Assembly: GCA_963736755.1 (NCBI GenBank)
Contig: CAVTQE010000023.1
Coordinates: forward strand, 9,822-73,821
From: an uncultured delta proteobacterium
GTDB lineage: Bacteria; Desulfobacterota; WTBG01; JAGOGO01
DNA: 64,000 bases
Direction: 5' to 3'
Shown here: one piece after another, positions 1-10,994 of the stretch
Numbering within the stretch: position 1 is the stretch's first letter
How the letters are laid out: every line of letters starts with the position of its first letter
Translations under genes and position numbers: made by a program
Notes under the pieces: generated by a model
Seen by the model: the letters and a program-made list of their open reading frames with translations, nothing else
What the model was told of the DNA's origin: nothing
Databases searched by the model: none

Positions 1-223
1 AGATAAAGTGGGCCGTGTTTTTTCCTGCCGTCACAATCAGCCATCCAACGATGGCACTCCAAAGGGCTACTTTTCCGGGAAGAAAGAGGGATACCAAAAA
101 CAGACCAGCGCCTACCTCGCCGAGAAAAAATGCGGTGGTGATTAACCATGCCCATTCTTTTTGAGGATTATAGCCGACCTCAAAGGTATCCTCTTCAAGA
201 AATTTAAAGTTCCTATGTAGCAT
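1..223 (-). CDS. NrfD/PsrC-like membrane subunit of the adjacent molybdoenzyme (5' part only; gene runs off the left edge)
   Basis: Own minus-strand translation from ATG 223-221 with GGAG upstream: MLHRNFKFLEEDTFEVGYNPQKEWAWLITTAFFLGEVGAGLFLVSLFLPGKVALWSAIVGWLIVTAGKNTAHFI. Hydrophobic helices; lies directly after the FeS subunit gene. Confidence 0.5.
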   Translation of the reverse strand, partial: MLHRNFKFLEEDTFEVGYNPQKEWAWLITTAFFLGEVGAGLFLVSLFLPGKVALWSAIVGWLIVTAGKNTAHFI

Positions 224-271
224 AGCTTATCTCCTCTTAAAATTTTTATTGACCGAAAAATTATCTAATCG

Positions 272-883
272 TTAGGAAATATAGTAGACTTTCGGCTCAG
301 TTCCCTTTTCAGGCATCGGCTGAACCGCGTTTCGTGATCTTATTAATTTTCGAATTTCCGAATTGGGATCACTTAAGTCGCCAAATTTTCGGGCACTGGT
401 GGGGCAGCCAACCACGCAGGCCGGATCTACTCCTGCGTTAACCCGCTCAATGCACCCTACGCATTTGGTCACGGTTCCTTCCTGGAACTGCTCGTAACAT
501 TGTTTCTCGAATGGGGTCAAGCCCTTTTCCGGATAATAACCCTTAAGCACTCCTTTTTTCAAATAGTGTCGGTTCTGGTACGGGCAGGCCACATAACAAG
601 CCCGGCAACCGACACACTTATCGTAATCTACCAAGACCACCCCATGCTCAATATCCGTATAGCTTGCCCCGGTCGGGCAGGCTTTTTCACAAGGCGCTTC
701 CTCACAATGGTTACAAATCTGAGGAGTATAGACCCGAGTGACATTAGGGTATGTCCCCACTTCTTCAATCAGGGTCTTGGTCCAATAAACTCCCCGGGGT
801 GTCCCATACTCCTGCTTGCATGCCAAAGAGCACGCCTGGCATCCAATACAAAGCTTTAAATCAATGACCATTCCCCAAATCAT
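272..883 (-). CDS. 4Fe-4S multi-cluster iron-sulfur (beta) subunit of a DMSO-reductase-family molybdoenzyme
   Basis: 203 aa ORF with four ferredoxin-type Cys groups (CIGCQACSLAC, CNHCEEAPCEKAC, CVGCRACYVAC, CVGC...CVVGC); operon context. Confidence 0.85.
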   Translation of the reverse strand: MIWGMVIDLKLCIGCQACSLACKQEYGTPRGVYWTKTLIEEVGTYPNVTRVYTPQICNHCEEAPCEKACPTGASYTDIEHGVVLVDYDKCVGCRACYVACPYQNRHYLKKGVLKGYYPEKGLTPFEKQCYEQFQEGTVTKCVGCIERVNAGVDPACVVGCPTSARKFGDLSDPNSEIRKLIRSRNAVQPMPEKGTEPKVYYIS

Positions 884-913
884 TTTTTTACCTCCGCTAT
901 ATTTTTAAATTAT

Positions 914-1180
914 TCAACCACCTGCCCGAAATGTGATCGCGGGCATGGCGATTATTTTGTCACCTGACCGAAGGGGGATATCCAAACTGTGGATCTGCTT
1001 AACCGGTCGGCAGTTGAGCCAAACCAGATAATCGGAGCTGATGCCTCCATCGTTCCTGCACAAAAACCTCATGAAGAGTTCGGCCATCAATGGTAGATAT
1101 TCCTTAAGAAACTGTTCAAGGGTATCCCCCGTAAACTCTACTGCTTTTTGACTCCAACCCAGCAACTCCCGCACTTTCAA
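914..1180 (-). CDS. MoaD/ThiS-family small beta-grasp protein ending in Gly-Gly
   Basis: 88 aa ORF ending ...ITFRAGG; size and C-terminal GG are typical of sulfur-carrier / ubiquitin-like proteins. Confidence 0.6.
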   Translation of the reverse strand: MKVRELLGWSQKAVEFTGDTLEQFLKEYLPLMAELFMRFLCRNDGGISSDYLVWLNCRPVKQIHSLDIPLRSGDKIIAMPAITFRAGG

Positions 1181-1214
1181 AGAGAGCCGTAACGTTTAAC
1201 GTCATGTTTTCTCC

Positions 1215-3881
1215 TTAGTATTTTTTGGGAAGCGGCGGTTTTGGAAGTTTGGTAATCTTCACCCGAGCCACCGTCTCCATCGCACCAGTAACATGATCAG
1301 TATAATCGAAATCGTTTCCCAAAAGCGTGTTAAACTGCCCGCCACCCAACCGGGTAACCGGGCTGTGAGAAACCGTGCGGTTGGTAGCGTTGGAGACACC
1401 AATCACCTCAGGATGAATACCCTCGGTATAAACCAACCACCCGGACAAATGGCCAAACTGGGAACGGACTTCGATGTAGTCTCCCTCCTCAAGTCCCTTT
1501 GCCTTCGCGGTTTTGGGATTCATAATCAGCCCAACATGGTGGGGGTCTCGGTCAGCAATCTCTCGAATCGTCGGGATGGAGAGGTTTTCAGTAAAATTCA
1601 TAAAGTGTTCTTTAAAGGTAATTGCGTACATATCAAACTCTGGCGGTTCACTATGAACCGGTGAGAGGCTCCCATTGGGAAAAGCCACATACTCACTGGT
1701 ATCCCATTTAAAAGGCATCTTAACTTTAGCCATGTTTTCTTCTAAATGTTTCTTTCTGTTGAAGGATGATACTCGCAGAAAAATGGGCGGCGCATATCCC
1801 GGCCCCGCTTATTGCTCATGATGGTATTTACGGTTCGGTGGCCTCCAGATAACATTGTGTCCGTTTGCCGCAAACCAGTCAAGCCCGCGCTCCGGCGGCC
1901 AGACTGTCTTGGTCCAGTAGCGGGCACAATGATCCAAAAATTCTTTATGGGTATACCGCTTATTAACATCAAGCATTAATTCCGGGTCATTCACCAACCC
2001 CGTAATAAAGCTATAGATCTCATTCATTTCCTTGAGCTTACCGATGCGCTCCGCCACCTCAGCCAGGATCTCATAACCATCCCGGCATTCGCCTAATGGC
2101 TCAACCACTGGCTGACGGCAGTTTAATCCCTCGGTTGCCGGTGGCTCACACATAAGCAGTGCCCAGGACTCTAAATAGGTCTGGTCAGGAAGAATGACAT
2201 CCGCAAAGTTGGTTGTTTCATTATGGAAAAGGTCAATCGCCCAGATAAAGTCAAACCCTCTTAAGATATCGTACCACTTTTCCACATTCCCCACCATAGA
2301 CCAGGTGGTGTTGGAGTGATAGAGCAGACAGGTGCTGGGTTTGAATTTAATGTCATATTTTTCCGGTTCGAGCAGGGTTAACATATTAAACTGGCCGGGG
2401 TCAACGCCGAGAGGCATAATATCCATGAGCGTCGTGGTATTGGGCGGCCAGTTAAAGGGAATTTCCGGATGGAGTTGATGGGGCTTAGGGTTCGAGAATG
2501 CCGTCCGGGCCGGGTTCATCGGTCCATGCCATGTGGGGAGATCCGAGAACGACACCAAGCAAACCACCGGGTGCATTATAGGCGCCCACTAACATGTTGA
2601 GCAGGATATAGGACTGGTTATCCATGGTACCGTATTTGTGTCCTTGGGCACCCCGGTACCAGTTAAACGAGACCGGTCGGTAGGGGTATACTTCTCCGTC
2701 AAGGGTGATGGTGCTTCCGATCTGGGCAGCTTCTCCGAACTCCTTCGCAATCCGCCGGACGGTGGCCGCAGGCACGCTGGTAATCTTCTCGGTCCATTCG
2801 GGCGTATATTCTTTATAAGCATCTTTTATATATTGAAAGGCCGGGCGCACTCTCTTGCCTTCGACCTCATAGGAGCCTTCCAGGGCGATATCTTTAATCG
2901 TCGGGTCATCAAAGGCTTTCGCGTTCTTATCCACCGGATCCCACACCAGAGGTTTATACCGCTCTTCTCTGGTCTGCTGGAACCAGCGCATGGAGCCGGC
3001 TGGCCGGCCTTGAGGCGGCAGGGCTTTTTCCGTTGATGACCGCGTAAACCAGCCATCATCTCCAATTAGATACCCGCCATCGGCAAACCATTTCAGATAT
3101 TCCGCATCGTAAATCTTGTGTTCATGCATCAGCGCGTGGCACAAACCCAAAACAAAGTGCCGATCACAGGCTGGCCGGATCGAAACCGATTCTTCCGCCT
3201 TGGCGGCTGAGGTTGAAAGACGGGGTTCGACGCACACAACCTTCATCCCTCTGGCCGGGCATCCGCCATCATCCTTTGCCCGGCGGCGACGTGGAGGTGG
3301 GAAGAAAAACCATCACCACCGCCGCATTGGATCCAGTAATTGCATCGTTCGTAATCACCGACCCCGGCAAAAGCGGAGTTGTAAATGCCCGCGGTCACGT
3401 GGTACCCCCCTCCACAGTAAGTGCCTACCACATGGAACTGGTTGCCGTTGCCGAAAATTGCCGGCCACGCCCAGTTATAAATTTTTTGAAAATCAGTAAT
3501 GGCGTAAACAAATTCCCGGGGGTCTTTTTCAATCATTTTTTTCATTTTTGAAGCCACTAAATCCAAAGCTTCATCCCAGGAAATTTCTACCCATCCCGGG
3601 TCTTCCCCCGGTCCCTTTTTGGGGTTGGTCCGCTTTACCGGTCTTTTGAGTCGGTAGGGATCATAATTTCGATCGACACCGGTAACAGCCTTAACACAAT
3701 TTTTTCCCTTATTGCTGGGGCAGGTTGGGTCACCCTCAATTTTGTCCACCACCCCGTTGTTTGATACATGTGCCACCATCGCGCACGTATGGAGGCACAT
3801 TTTACAAGTGGTTGGGAGCCACTTGCCTGGCCTCATCGAATTGGCCCTCGCTTGCTTTTCCACCCTCAATTTTTCTCTCAA
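1215..3881 (-). CDS. Molybdopterin oxidoreductase catalytic (alpha) subunit, no Tat signal, split into four reading-frame pieces
   Basis: ORFs 3243-3881 (N-terminal CKMCLHTC...C FeS domain), 2485-3246, 1809-2576 and 1215-1733 (C-terminal molybdopterin dinucleotide-binding domain) are colinear parts of one enzyme. Junctions overlap in different frames. Confidence 0.8.
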
Positions 3882-4678
3882 GGTTCGGCCCTCCTTTTGG
3901 GTTTGAGGTTTTAAGCTTTACTGAATTCGCCCCCCGAAGAAGAGAGGACAAATGATTTATCAAGAATTTTAGCAGGATAGGGCTTATTTGATTTTAAACA
4001 CGAGCACTTAGCTGAGGAACAGGATAAAAAATTTATGATAATTAGAATATTTGTTATTAAAATTAAAAGAAAAATCTTTTTCTGAAATTGAAAAATATTT
4101 TTTAAAAATTGCCCCACCCAGGGTATGAGTGCAAGAATCTTTCAATCGATGATGACTTTTAAAAGGTTTGATAAAAATTATTTGATAAATCTTTTTTACT
4201 ATGAATAAAAATTTTTTACTTTTAAAATATTTTTTTATCACGCTATCTTTTTTTTGGTTTTAGTTAAGGTCCGGTTGATTGAGATGATGTTAAATAATTT
4301 CTTCCGGTTATAATTTTAAACCCAAGTCATAAACCTTTTATATTTTACACGAAAGACTTTGACTTTAAAAGGTTCAAATTACATGCCAAAAAAACTGCCC
4401 TATCTACAAGATAAAAGCCCCACCTCCCTTAATTGTCAATCAGGAGGTTTCTGATTTTGCAGAGAAAATTTCTGAAAAAAATTATTTAAATATTTTCAAT
4501 AAGATATTCGTATAACCCATCCCAATCATTACCCAAGAGAACCATGAGTGTCCTGGGGAGGCATGCGGCCTCACATCCCATCCTTTTATCGCCTCTCTTT
4601 GCTTGCCATTCAAGAAAACCACTCCGCATTATGATTGTTCAGTTTGAATTAAACCGAAAAACCCCCACCCAAAAAAAA

Positions 4679-4704
4679 CCCCACCTTTTCAGGTGGGGTT
4701 TTTT
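4679..4704 (-). terminator. Rho-independent terminator (bidirectional shape) downstream of the VOC gene
   Basis: Stem CCCCACCT (4679-4686) / AGGTGGGG (4691-4698), loop TTTC, T-run 4699-4704 and A-run 4671-4678. Confidence 0.8.
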
Positions 4705-4723
4705 ATACGGAGCTCAGCAATCG

Positions 4724-5293
4724 TTATTTCTGAGACGCATATTTTCCATCAATCACTTCCCAGAGGGCACCATGGATGCTTTTGGGGTGGATAAAAGCGT
4801 AGTTTCGTTCTTTTTCCGGCCAGAACCGTACTTCTTTTCCTGCCCCGGACAACTTCTCCGGCACCAGTGCGCCACCATTAGCCTTAATCTTCGGTCCCTC
4901 TTTGGTGACATCATCCACATTGATAGAAAGAAGTTGTACCCCTTCACGGCCATTGTTCACTTTGCTGATCCAGTAGCCGACATCCGCCATTTTACCTTCG
5001 GGTTTGGGGTCTTTTTTCGGTACCCATTTGGTCGCATTTCCCATTCCGCTGATCACAACTTTTCCGCTCATGTCTTGTAGTTCATACCAGCCACCGGAAT
5101 ACTCATCTTCCATTACTTCAACCGTGGTCGGGCCAACCTTGAAACAGGAAACATTGATGTGGGAATCAGGATCAAAGTACCGTTCCGCCACGTCCCAGCC
5201 AAAAATCTTCATGTAATCTTGTTCCGCTTTCACCACATCAAAAGTCGCAATACTAATGTGGTCAATAAAATTAGCATTAACTTTTTCTGGCAT
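4724..5293 (-). CDS. VOC (glyoxalase/bleomycin-resistance/dioxygenase fold) family protein
   Basis: 189 aa ORF; N-terminal IDHISIATFDVVKAEQDY... is typical of VOC/methylmalonyl-CoA-epimerase-like domains. Last gene of the enoate-reductase operon. Confidence 0.55.
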   Translation of the reverse strand: MPEKVNANFIDHISIATFDVVKAEQDYMKIFGWDVAERYFDPDSHINVSCFKVGPTTVEVMEDEYSGGWYELQDMSGKVVISGMGNATKWVPKKDPKPEGKMADVGYWISKVNNGREGVQLLSINVDDVTKEGPKIKANGGALVPEKLSGAGKEVRFWPEKERNYAFIHPKSIHGALWEVIDGKYASQK

Positions 5294-5380
5294 TGCTAAC
5301 CTCCTTTTTTGATATTTTTAAAGGCAAGAAGGTGTATTGGTCGTCAGACATACACCTTCCTGCCTCAATCAATTACTCTT

Positions 5381-5632
5381 TTATAAAGCCTTGCTGGTAT
5401 CGAGTCTTTTTGCACTTGGAAATGCGGCAATATAGGGAGTGGTTGCCGTTGTGTCTTCTAACTCAAATAAAATCGCAACTTCCGGACAAGAGAAAGCACA
5501 AATTCCGCATTCCTCACAAAGGTCTCTCAGGATGGATGCCTTCCCGTTTACAAGGCCGATTATAGTTACCGGACAGGCCCGGAGACAAATTCCACAGCCT
5601 GTGCATTTCATCACATCAACTTCTGGTATCAT
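5381..5632 (-). CDS. 2x[4Fe-4S] ferredoxin
   Basis: 83 aa ORF with CTGCGICLRACP and CEECGICAFSCP motifs. Confidence 0.85.
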   Translation of the reverse strand: MIPEVDVMKCTGCGICLRACPVTIIGLVNGKASILRDLCEECGICAFSCPEVAILFELEDTTATTPYIAAFPSAKRLDTSKAL

Positions 5633-5676
5633 ATTAAAAGCCTCCTTGTTTTCTTTTTTTACGTTAATGAGCCTTT

Positions 5677-7695
5677 TTAATGTTGTTTGTCTTTGTCTCG
5701 GTGCATGAGTTGGTAAGACTTAAAGGTAACCTTCATGCCCATGCGATATCCATCATGAACCGCTCCATACCCACGCCTTACCTGGATAGCATCACCGATC
5801 ATGTAAACGTCAGCCTTCCCGTATTTACCGAGTTTAACCTCCTTATTAGGCACAAGGTCAGCTATGATCACGGTGTCGGCAGCGAGTTTATTTTCTTTTT
5901 TCTCAGCATCGATAACCACTACGCCGTCATCCACAATCTCTTTGACCTTGCTCAGGTTAATCTGTGCGACGTTTCCGGCTTTCAGTTTCATCAAATATCT
6001 CCAGATGTAGGAGGGGTTAACATCCGGTCCGAATTTCTTCTGAGGACCAACAATGGCGACCTTAACGTCTTTGTATTTGTCGACAATATAGAGAGCCGTG
6101 GAAATTGCCGCGCCTTTACCGCCAAGGATGAGCACGTTTTTGCCTGGTTTTACCTTTCCGGAAAGAACATCGAGACAGCTTGAAACGATCTTCTTATCAC
6201 TGCCCGGATAAGATGCCATATCAGTTGTAGCTCCCGTGGCGATAATAACTATATCCGCTGTTTCTTTCTTGAGGTCTTCACTGGTCAGAGCCTTATTCAG
6301 AACAATCTTGGCGCCAAACTTATCGCACTGGGCTTTGAGATGTTTTACCAATCTCATCAATTCCTCATCACCCCATGGACCATGGGAGGCGATTTCCATC
6401 TCACCGCCTACGCAATCTCGCTTTTCATAAATCGTTACATCATTGCCTTTTTGCGCTGCGATTGCACCGGCCTGTAACCCGGCAACACCGGCACCGACGA
6501 TGATAATTTTCTTTTTCTCTTTGTCTTTCGCGAATCCGTAGTAGCCCCACTCCGGCTCATTTTCATGACCAAGGGAGGGCCGAACCGTACACATTAATTC
6601 GGTGTCCCGGAAAAGTCTGGCCAAGCAAACATTACAAGCGATACAAGTAATAATGTCTTGCTGACGGTCTTCCATAACCTTTTTAGGAAGAGCAGGGTCG
6701 GCAATCATCGGACGGCACATTTCCCAAATGTCCAGCCTTCCTTCAGCAATCGCTTTCTCTGGAATCTCAGGGACGAATAACCGGTACGCCATGCTCACCG
6801 GAACCTTAATGTTCTTTTTCAGTCTCTCAGCAATGTAGAGCCAATGGCCCATCGGAACGTCCCGGGTGATAACGGGAACCATAGATTCCTGCCACCCAGC
6901 GGTAACACTGATATAATCCGCACCCGCTGCTACGGCAAGCTTAATAGACTCAAGGCTTTCTTCCGGGCTGTTGCCGCCACGGTCATCCAGAAACTCTTCA
7001 CCGCAAAGGCGGATCCCAACGGGAACATCACCGCAAGCCTTTTTGCAGGCCTGAATGATATCGGTCATAAATTTGGAGCGGCCTTTGATATCTCCGCCGT
7101 ATTGATCTGTCCGTTTGTTGGTGTAAGAAGAAATGAAGTTAGAGAGCAGATAACCGACAATACCAGAGATTTCAAGAATCTCATACCCAGCTTCCACTGC
7201 CCGCCGGGCTCCATCAGCGTTGTTTTGGATGGTCCTTTCAATATCTTCCAGGGTCATTTCCTTGGGTGGTCGGAAAATGGGAAGCTTCTGGGGAACAACC
7301 GAAGGACCAATAGTATAGGGCAGTTCAATCCCTCCAACGCGTCCGCAATCCATAAGCTGCAAGCAAGAAGCTGAATCATACTTTTTAATCGCTTTTGCCA
7401 ATCGGGCAAGTCCGGGTATAAACTTATCATCCCAGATCGCCATCATACCTACATATCCTTTTCCAGCACCAATTTTATCAGTGTAAGCACCCTGCGTAGT
7501 AACGATACCCGCGCCTCCGCGAGCTTGGGCTTCCATATACCCAACCTCTTTGTCAGAAACATACCCATCACGGTAGTTAAAGTTAGTTTCGGTGGAGGCA
7601 TACTTTACTCTGTTTTTGACTTCCAGCTTTCCAATCTTGATCGGGCTGAATATGTGAGGATATTTTTTTATTCCCGGTAGAATTTCACCAGCCAT
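5677..7695 (-). CDS. Old-yellow-enzyme-type FMN/FeS/FAD oxidoreductase (2-enoate reductase / 2,4-dienoyl-CoA reductase family)
   Basis: N-terminal OYE TIM-barrel, central CIACNVC Cys motif, GAGVAGLQAG Rossmann motif. Start placed at MAGEIL (ATG 7695) because GGAGGA lies 5 nt upstream; the ORF track start 7713 lacks an RBS. Confidence 0.85.
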   Translation of the reverse strand: MAGEILPGIKKYPHIFSPIKIGKLEVKNRVKYASTETNFNYRDGYVSDKEVGYMEAQARGGAGIVTTQGAYTDKIGAGKGYVGMMAIWDDKFIPGLARLAKAIKKYDSASCLQLMDCGRVGGIELPYTIGPSVVPQKLPIFRPPKEMTLEDIERTIQNNADGARRAVEAGYEILEISGIVGYLLSNFISSYTNKRTDQYGGDIKGRSKFMTDIIQACKKACGDVPVGIRLCGEEFLDDRGGNSPEESLESIKLAVAAGADYISVTAGWQESMVPVITRDVPMGHWLYIAERLKKNIKVPVSMAYRLFVPEIPEKAIAEGRLDIWEMCRPMIADPALPKKVMEDRQQDIITCIACNVCLARLFRDTELMCTVRPSLGHENEPEWGYYGFAKDKEKKKIIIVGAGVAGLQAGAIAAQKGNDVTIYEKRDCVGGEMEIASHGPWGDEELMRLVKHLKAQCDKFGAKIVLNKALTSEDLKKETADIVIIATGATTDMASYPGSDKKIVSSCLDVLSGKVKPGKNVLILGGKGAAISTALYIVDKYKDVKVAIVGPQKKFGPDVNPSYIWRYLMKLKAGNVAQINLSKVKEIVDDGVVVIDAEKKENKLAADTVIIADLVPNKEVKLGKYGKADVYMIGDAIQVRRGYGAVHDGYRMGMKVTFKSYQLMHRDKDKQH

Positions 7696-8131
7696 TTTAT
7701 TCCTCCTTAACATTAAAAATTTTAGCTAATTAAATATAAACAACTGATCAAAAAATCACCAGCACAACCAATCAGTCCCCTGTTAACCACCTCCTTCCAT
7801 TCTAAATAACCACCCCGTGCTCATCCTTTTTAGAATTATCCGTCATCCATCACAAAAACAAGACTTCAGGATGGTCAAGCATCGACAAGCAAGGCAAAAT
7901 TTTAATTTTATTAAGAAATTTTTTTAAAAAATTAAAATGAACGAGCATTCATTCTCTTTGTAACATAGGCCTTTTTCTTTGTCAAGAAAATATTTTTTTA
8001 AATTTCTATCCACTGTAGCTCGTGAGGAAAAAGTTGAAGAAAGGCAAATAGTTCTTGCTCTTTTTTTTTATCCTTGATACAAATTTTTGGTTTCCCAAGT
8101 CAATCATTTTTTTTGTTGAAAGGAAAAATCT

Positions 8132-8818
8132 ATGGGTAGCTACAAGACGGTTTTAGACTTTTCCTGGAAAGGAATTCCCCTACATAAAGTGTTAGAAAAC
8201 CATAAAATGTGGGTAGAGACGAAAGGAATTGAGGGGAGAAAAGCGGTCTTAACCGGGGCCGATCTCCAGGAAATAAATTTGGAATACACCGACCTAAGGG
8301 CAGCGGTTATTTCCGAAGTAAATCTCAAAAAAGCAAACCTTATCAATATTTCTTTACGAGGGGCTAACCTAAGAAAAACAATACTTACCGGAAGTTGCCT
8401 TAAGTGGGCGGTCTTGAGATATGCCGACCTGAGAGAAAGCACCTTGGAAGAAGCTGATTTCGAAAATGCCGATCTCCGGGATACTGATCTCCGGGATGCA
8501 AACGCACAACGAGCAAATCTTATTGAAACCAATCTTTGGTGTGCAAATTTGGAGAATGCTGATTTTCGTGATGCAAATTTTGAGCTTGCAAATATGAACG
8601 AGACTGACCTCACTCACGCGAATCTGGAAGGAGCTAATTTTCTATTGACAAGCTTTAAAGGTGCAGTGCTGCTGGGAACCAACCTCACCCACGCTTTCAA
8701 TTTAGAACCCCACCACCTTGCCCGGGCTAAGACTCTTTATCAAGCCAAGCTCGATGAACCTCTTCTGAATGAGGTAAAAGAAAAATATCCTCACTTGCTT
8801 GATAAACCAGAACAATAA
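8132..8818 (+). CDS. Pentapeptide-repeat protein
   Basis: 228 aa ORF with long runs of A(D/N)Lxx pentads (ANLRKTILTGSCLKWAVLRYADLRESTLEEADFENADLRDTDLRDANAQRANL...). Confidence 0.9.
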   Translation: MGSYKTVLDFSWKGIPLHKVLENHKMWVETKGIEGRKAVLTGADLQEINLEYTDLRAAVISEVNLKKANLINISLRGANLRKTILTGSCLKWAVLRYADLRESTLEEADFENADLRDTDLRDANAQRANLIETNLWCANLENADFRDANFELANMNETDLTHANLEGANFLLTSFKGAVLLGTNLTHAFNLEPHHLARAKTLYQAKLDEPLLNEVKEKYPHLLDKPEQ

Positions 8819-8983
8819 AACTTTTTTTGAGTGAGCCCCCAGTGTTTGTCAAAAGGCGGGATATTGATAGACCCGTTAAAGCTCTTTGCACTGTTCATCA
8901 AATACTTTGGTTTGTCTGGTTTCTTTGGGATTTGTTCTCTTGGAGATAGTTGGCAGCGACGAGGACACACGGTAACCAACATT

Positions 8984-9900
8984 ATGAGAATCCTGCAACT
9001 AATGAAATGGCTCTCTCCCCGGGAGGACACGGGCGGAGAGATCCGGTCTTTCCGGCTTGGCAAGGCCATTGCGTCCTTTGCTCGTGTGGATGCGGCCGGT
9101 TTTGTCCTTCCCGAGGAACGGATTGATGGAAAGGAAGAACACCTGTCCCACTATAGCCGATTGTATCCCGTCCTCATTCAACGAGCGTCCTGTAATTCTT
9201 TGAATTTTTTATCTGGCATCGCCCACGGGCGCTCCCTCAGGTCCGCCCGGTTTTTCGATCTATCATACCGCCGTTTTGTTGAAAAAATCCTCCAGAAAAA
9301 CCGCTACGACGCTATCCAGGTAGAAGAACTTCCCCGACGCAAGCAGCCTCGTCCTCCTTTCCCTGAATTTTCCGGTCATCTACAGTTCCCATAACGTCGA
9401 ATCACAGCTATCTTCCATGATATTCAAACACAGGAACCTTGTTTTAAGGTTCCTGTCGGAAACGGAAAGAAAGCGAACCGCGGCAGAGGAAAGAAGGAGG
9501 CTCGGCTTTGGCCCGGGCCTGCCTTGCCGTTTCGGAAAAGACAGGGGGATTTTGAAGCGGCTTTCTCCTGAGGGGACGACTCCTATTTACATCCTCACCA
9601 ATTGCGCCAATGACCGCTTCGAACCTTCCCCTCAGGGGGGTTCAGGGCAAAGGAGTTCTTTCCGTTGGCTGCTTCGGATGGTATCCCAATGAGGAGGGAA
9701 TGATATGGTTCATAAAAGAGGTACTTCCCCGCTTGAGGAAAAAGGTGCTGAGCCCGGAAATCACTGTTGCAGGGAATGAAATTGGTCGTTTGTGGAGTGG
9801 AAAATTAAAACGGGCGGGATTCGGATTTATCCTGACGTACCAGAACATTCTTCCCTTCTCCCGCTGGATACCATATCTCGATATCCCGCCGGTCAAGTAA
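8984..9900 (+). pseudogene. Family-4 (GT1-fold) glycosyltransferase, decayed and spread over at least 3 frames
   Basis: MRILQLMKWLSPREDTGGE... (N-terminus), ...IYILTNCANDRFEP... and ...VGCFGWYPNEEGMIWFIKEVLPRL... appear in successive frames. Confidence 0.5.
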
Positions 9901-10264
9901 AACAACAATAATACTAGTATGATATATCAAGCCGCCCATCTTCCTGACCGGGTTGGCATGGCCATTGAATTGTAAGGAGGCAAAAATACGCTTTTCGCCT
10001 TTATTACATTTAAAACAAGGAGGATTAGCCATGATAGAACACGCAATTAATTTTATAGCTTCTTTCTACGAGGTTCCGGGATGGGATGGCCTGGATGTAA
10101 CCGGTTTTGCAACTTTAATGGGAGTTTTGTTTTTACTGATTACCCTCGCCGAGATTCTGATGGCCATCCATGACCGGAAAAAAGAAAGCAAGAAGGATGA
10201 AAAGGTTTTTTTACCCCAAGCAAACTTCACAAAAAGTGTGCAGTGGGGACTGGCTAAATTTTGG

Positions 10265-10393
10265 AATGGTCTTTGGGGTCGCCAACAATGGCAATGCGGG
10301 CATTAATAGATAAAGCGGTGCCAAGTTGCCGGAACGTTTTCCACGGTATAATCAGTTCCTTTAGCAAAAACGTGAGGCCGGATTTTTCTTAAA
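10265..10393 (-). repeat. Pseudo-copy of the 3' end of the heptose-1-P adenylyltransferase gene
   Basis: About 129 nt, roughly 88-90% identical by eye and in the same orientation as 12487-12614. Confidence 0.8.
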
Positions 10394-10399
10394 CCATCA

Positions 10400-10960
10400 T
10401 CAAAAGTTTAATCTCATCTGCTTTATATAAGGCAGGGATAGCGGAGGACACGCTGGTTGATGATTTTGTGCTTTCCCTGGAAATCGCCCTGCAGGGTTAC
10501 CAAATCCAATATTCGCCGAGAGCCGTTGCCATAGAAACGGGATCGGCAAGCATCAACGAGGAATTCAAGCGGAAGACACGGATTGCCGCCGGTAATCTCC
10601 AGGCCGTCCTGCGCATGCCTGAACTGCTCAATCCATTCCGGCACGGGATGCTCACGTTCCAGTATATTTCCCATAAGTTCCTTCGATCCTTTTTCTCGCC
10701 CCCCTCTGTTTCGCCGCGTTGATCCCTCTCAATATCCTTCTTCTGTCAAAAGGCGGTTTCGTCTCCGTCTTTATGTTAGTTATGCAGGTATTGTTTTACC
10801 TCATAGCGTGGGCAGGATATGTATCCGGGAACGCCGCCTCTCCTCGCGCCTCTTTTGCGTCCCCCTCTATATCGTTGTCATGAACCTCTCAGCCATCGTG
10901 GGTGCCTTCCGGTACCTGGCGGGGAAGCAATCCGTCCTGTGGGAAAAGTCCCTGAGGAAA
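10400..10960 (+). pseudogene. C-terminal half of a family-2 glycosyltransferase (N-terminal catalytic half missing, frameshifted)
   Basis: ...AEDTLVDDFVLSLEIALQGYQIQYSPRAVAIETGSASINEEFKRKTRIAAGNLQ... begins abruptly at the end of the duplicated fragment. The tail ...NLSAIVGAFRYLAGKQSVLWEKS is in another frame. Confidence 0.5.
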
Positions 10961-10994
10961 GAAGAGGGACCAGACAGGGAGGAGATACCGGAGA

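Noticed and set aside
3911-4241. Small ORFs (68 and 77 aa) in the AT-rich gap upstream of the molybdoenzyme operon
   Set aside because: Extremely AT-rich, Lys/Ile/Phe-biased and without an RBS; most likely a promoter or regulatory spacer.
4544-5080. 178-aa plus-strand ORF
   Set aside because: It is fully antisense to the VOC-family gene, and the terminator hairpin lies inside it.
8140-8617. Antisense ORFs opposite the pentapeptide-repeat gene
   Set aside because: The repetitive sense sequence yields repetitive stop-free antisense frames. The sense ORF has the canonical pentapeptide periodicity.
9953-10306. 117-aa ORF (small membrane protein MIEHAINFIASF... with AGGAGG before ATG 10031)
   Set aside because: It may be real, but its 3' part runs into the duplicated adenylyltransferase fragment, so the ORF as drawn is a chimera in a rearranged region. 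It is not reported as a feature.
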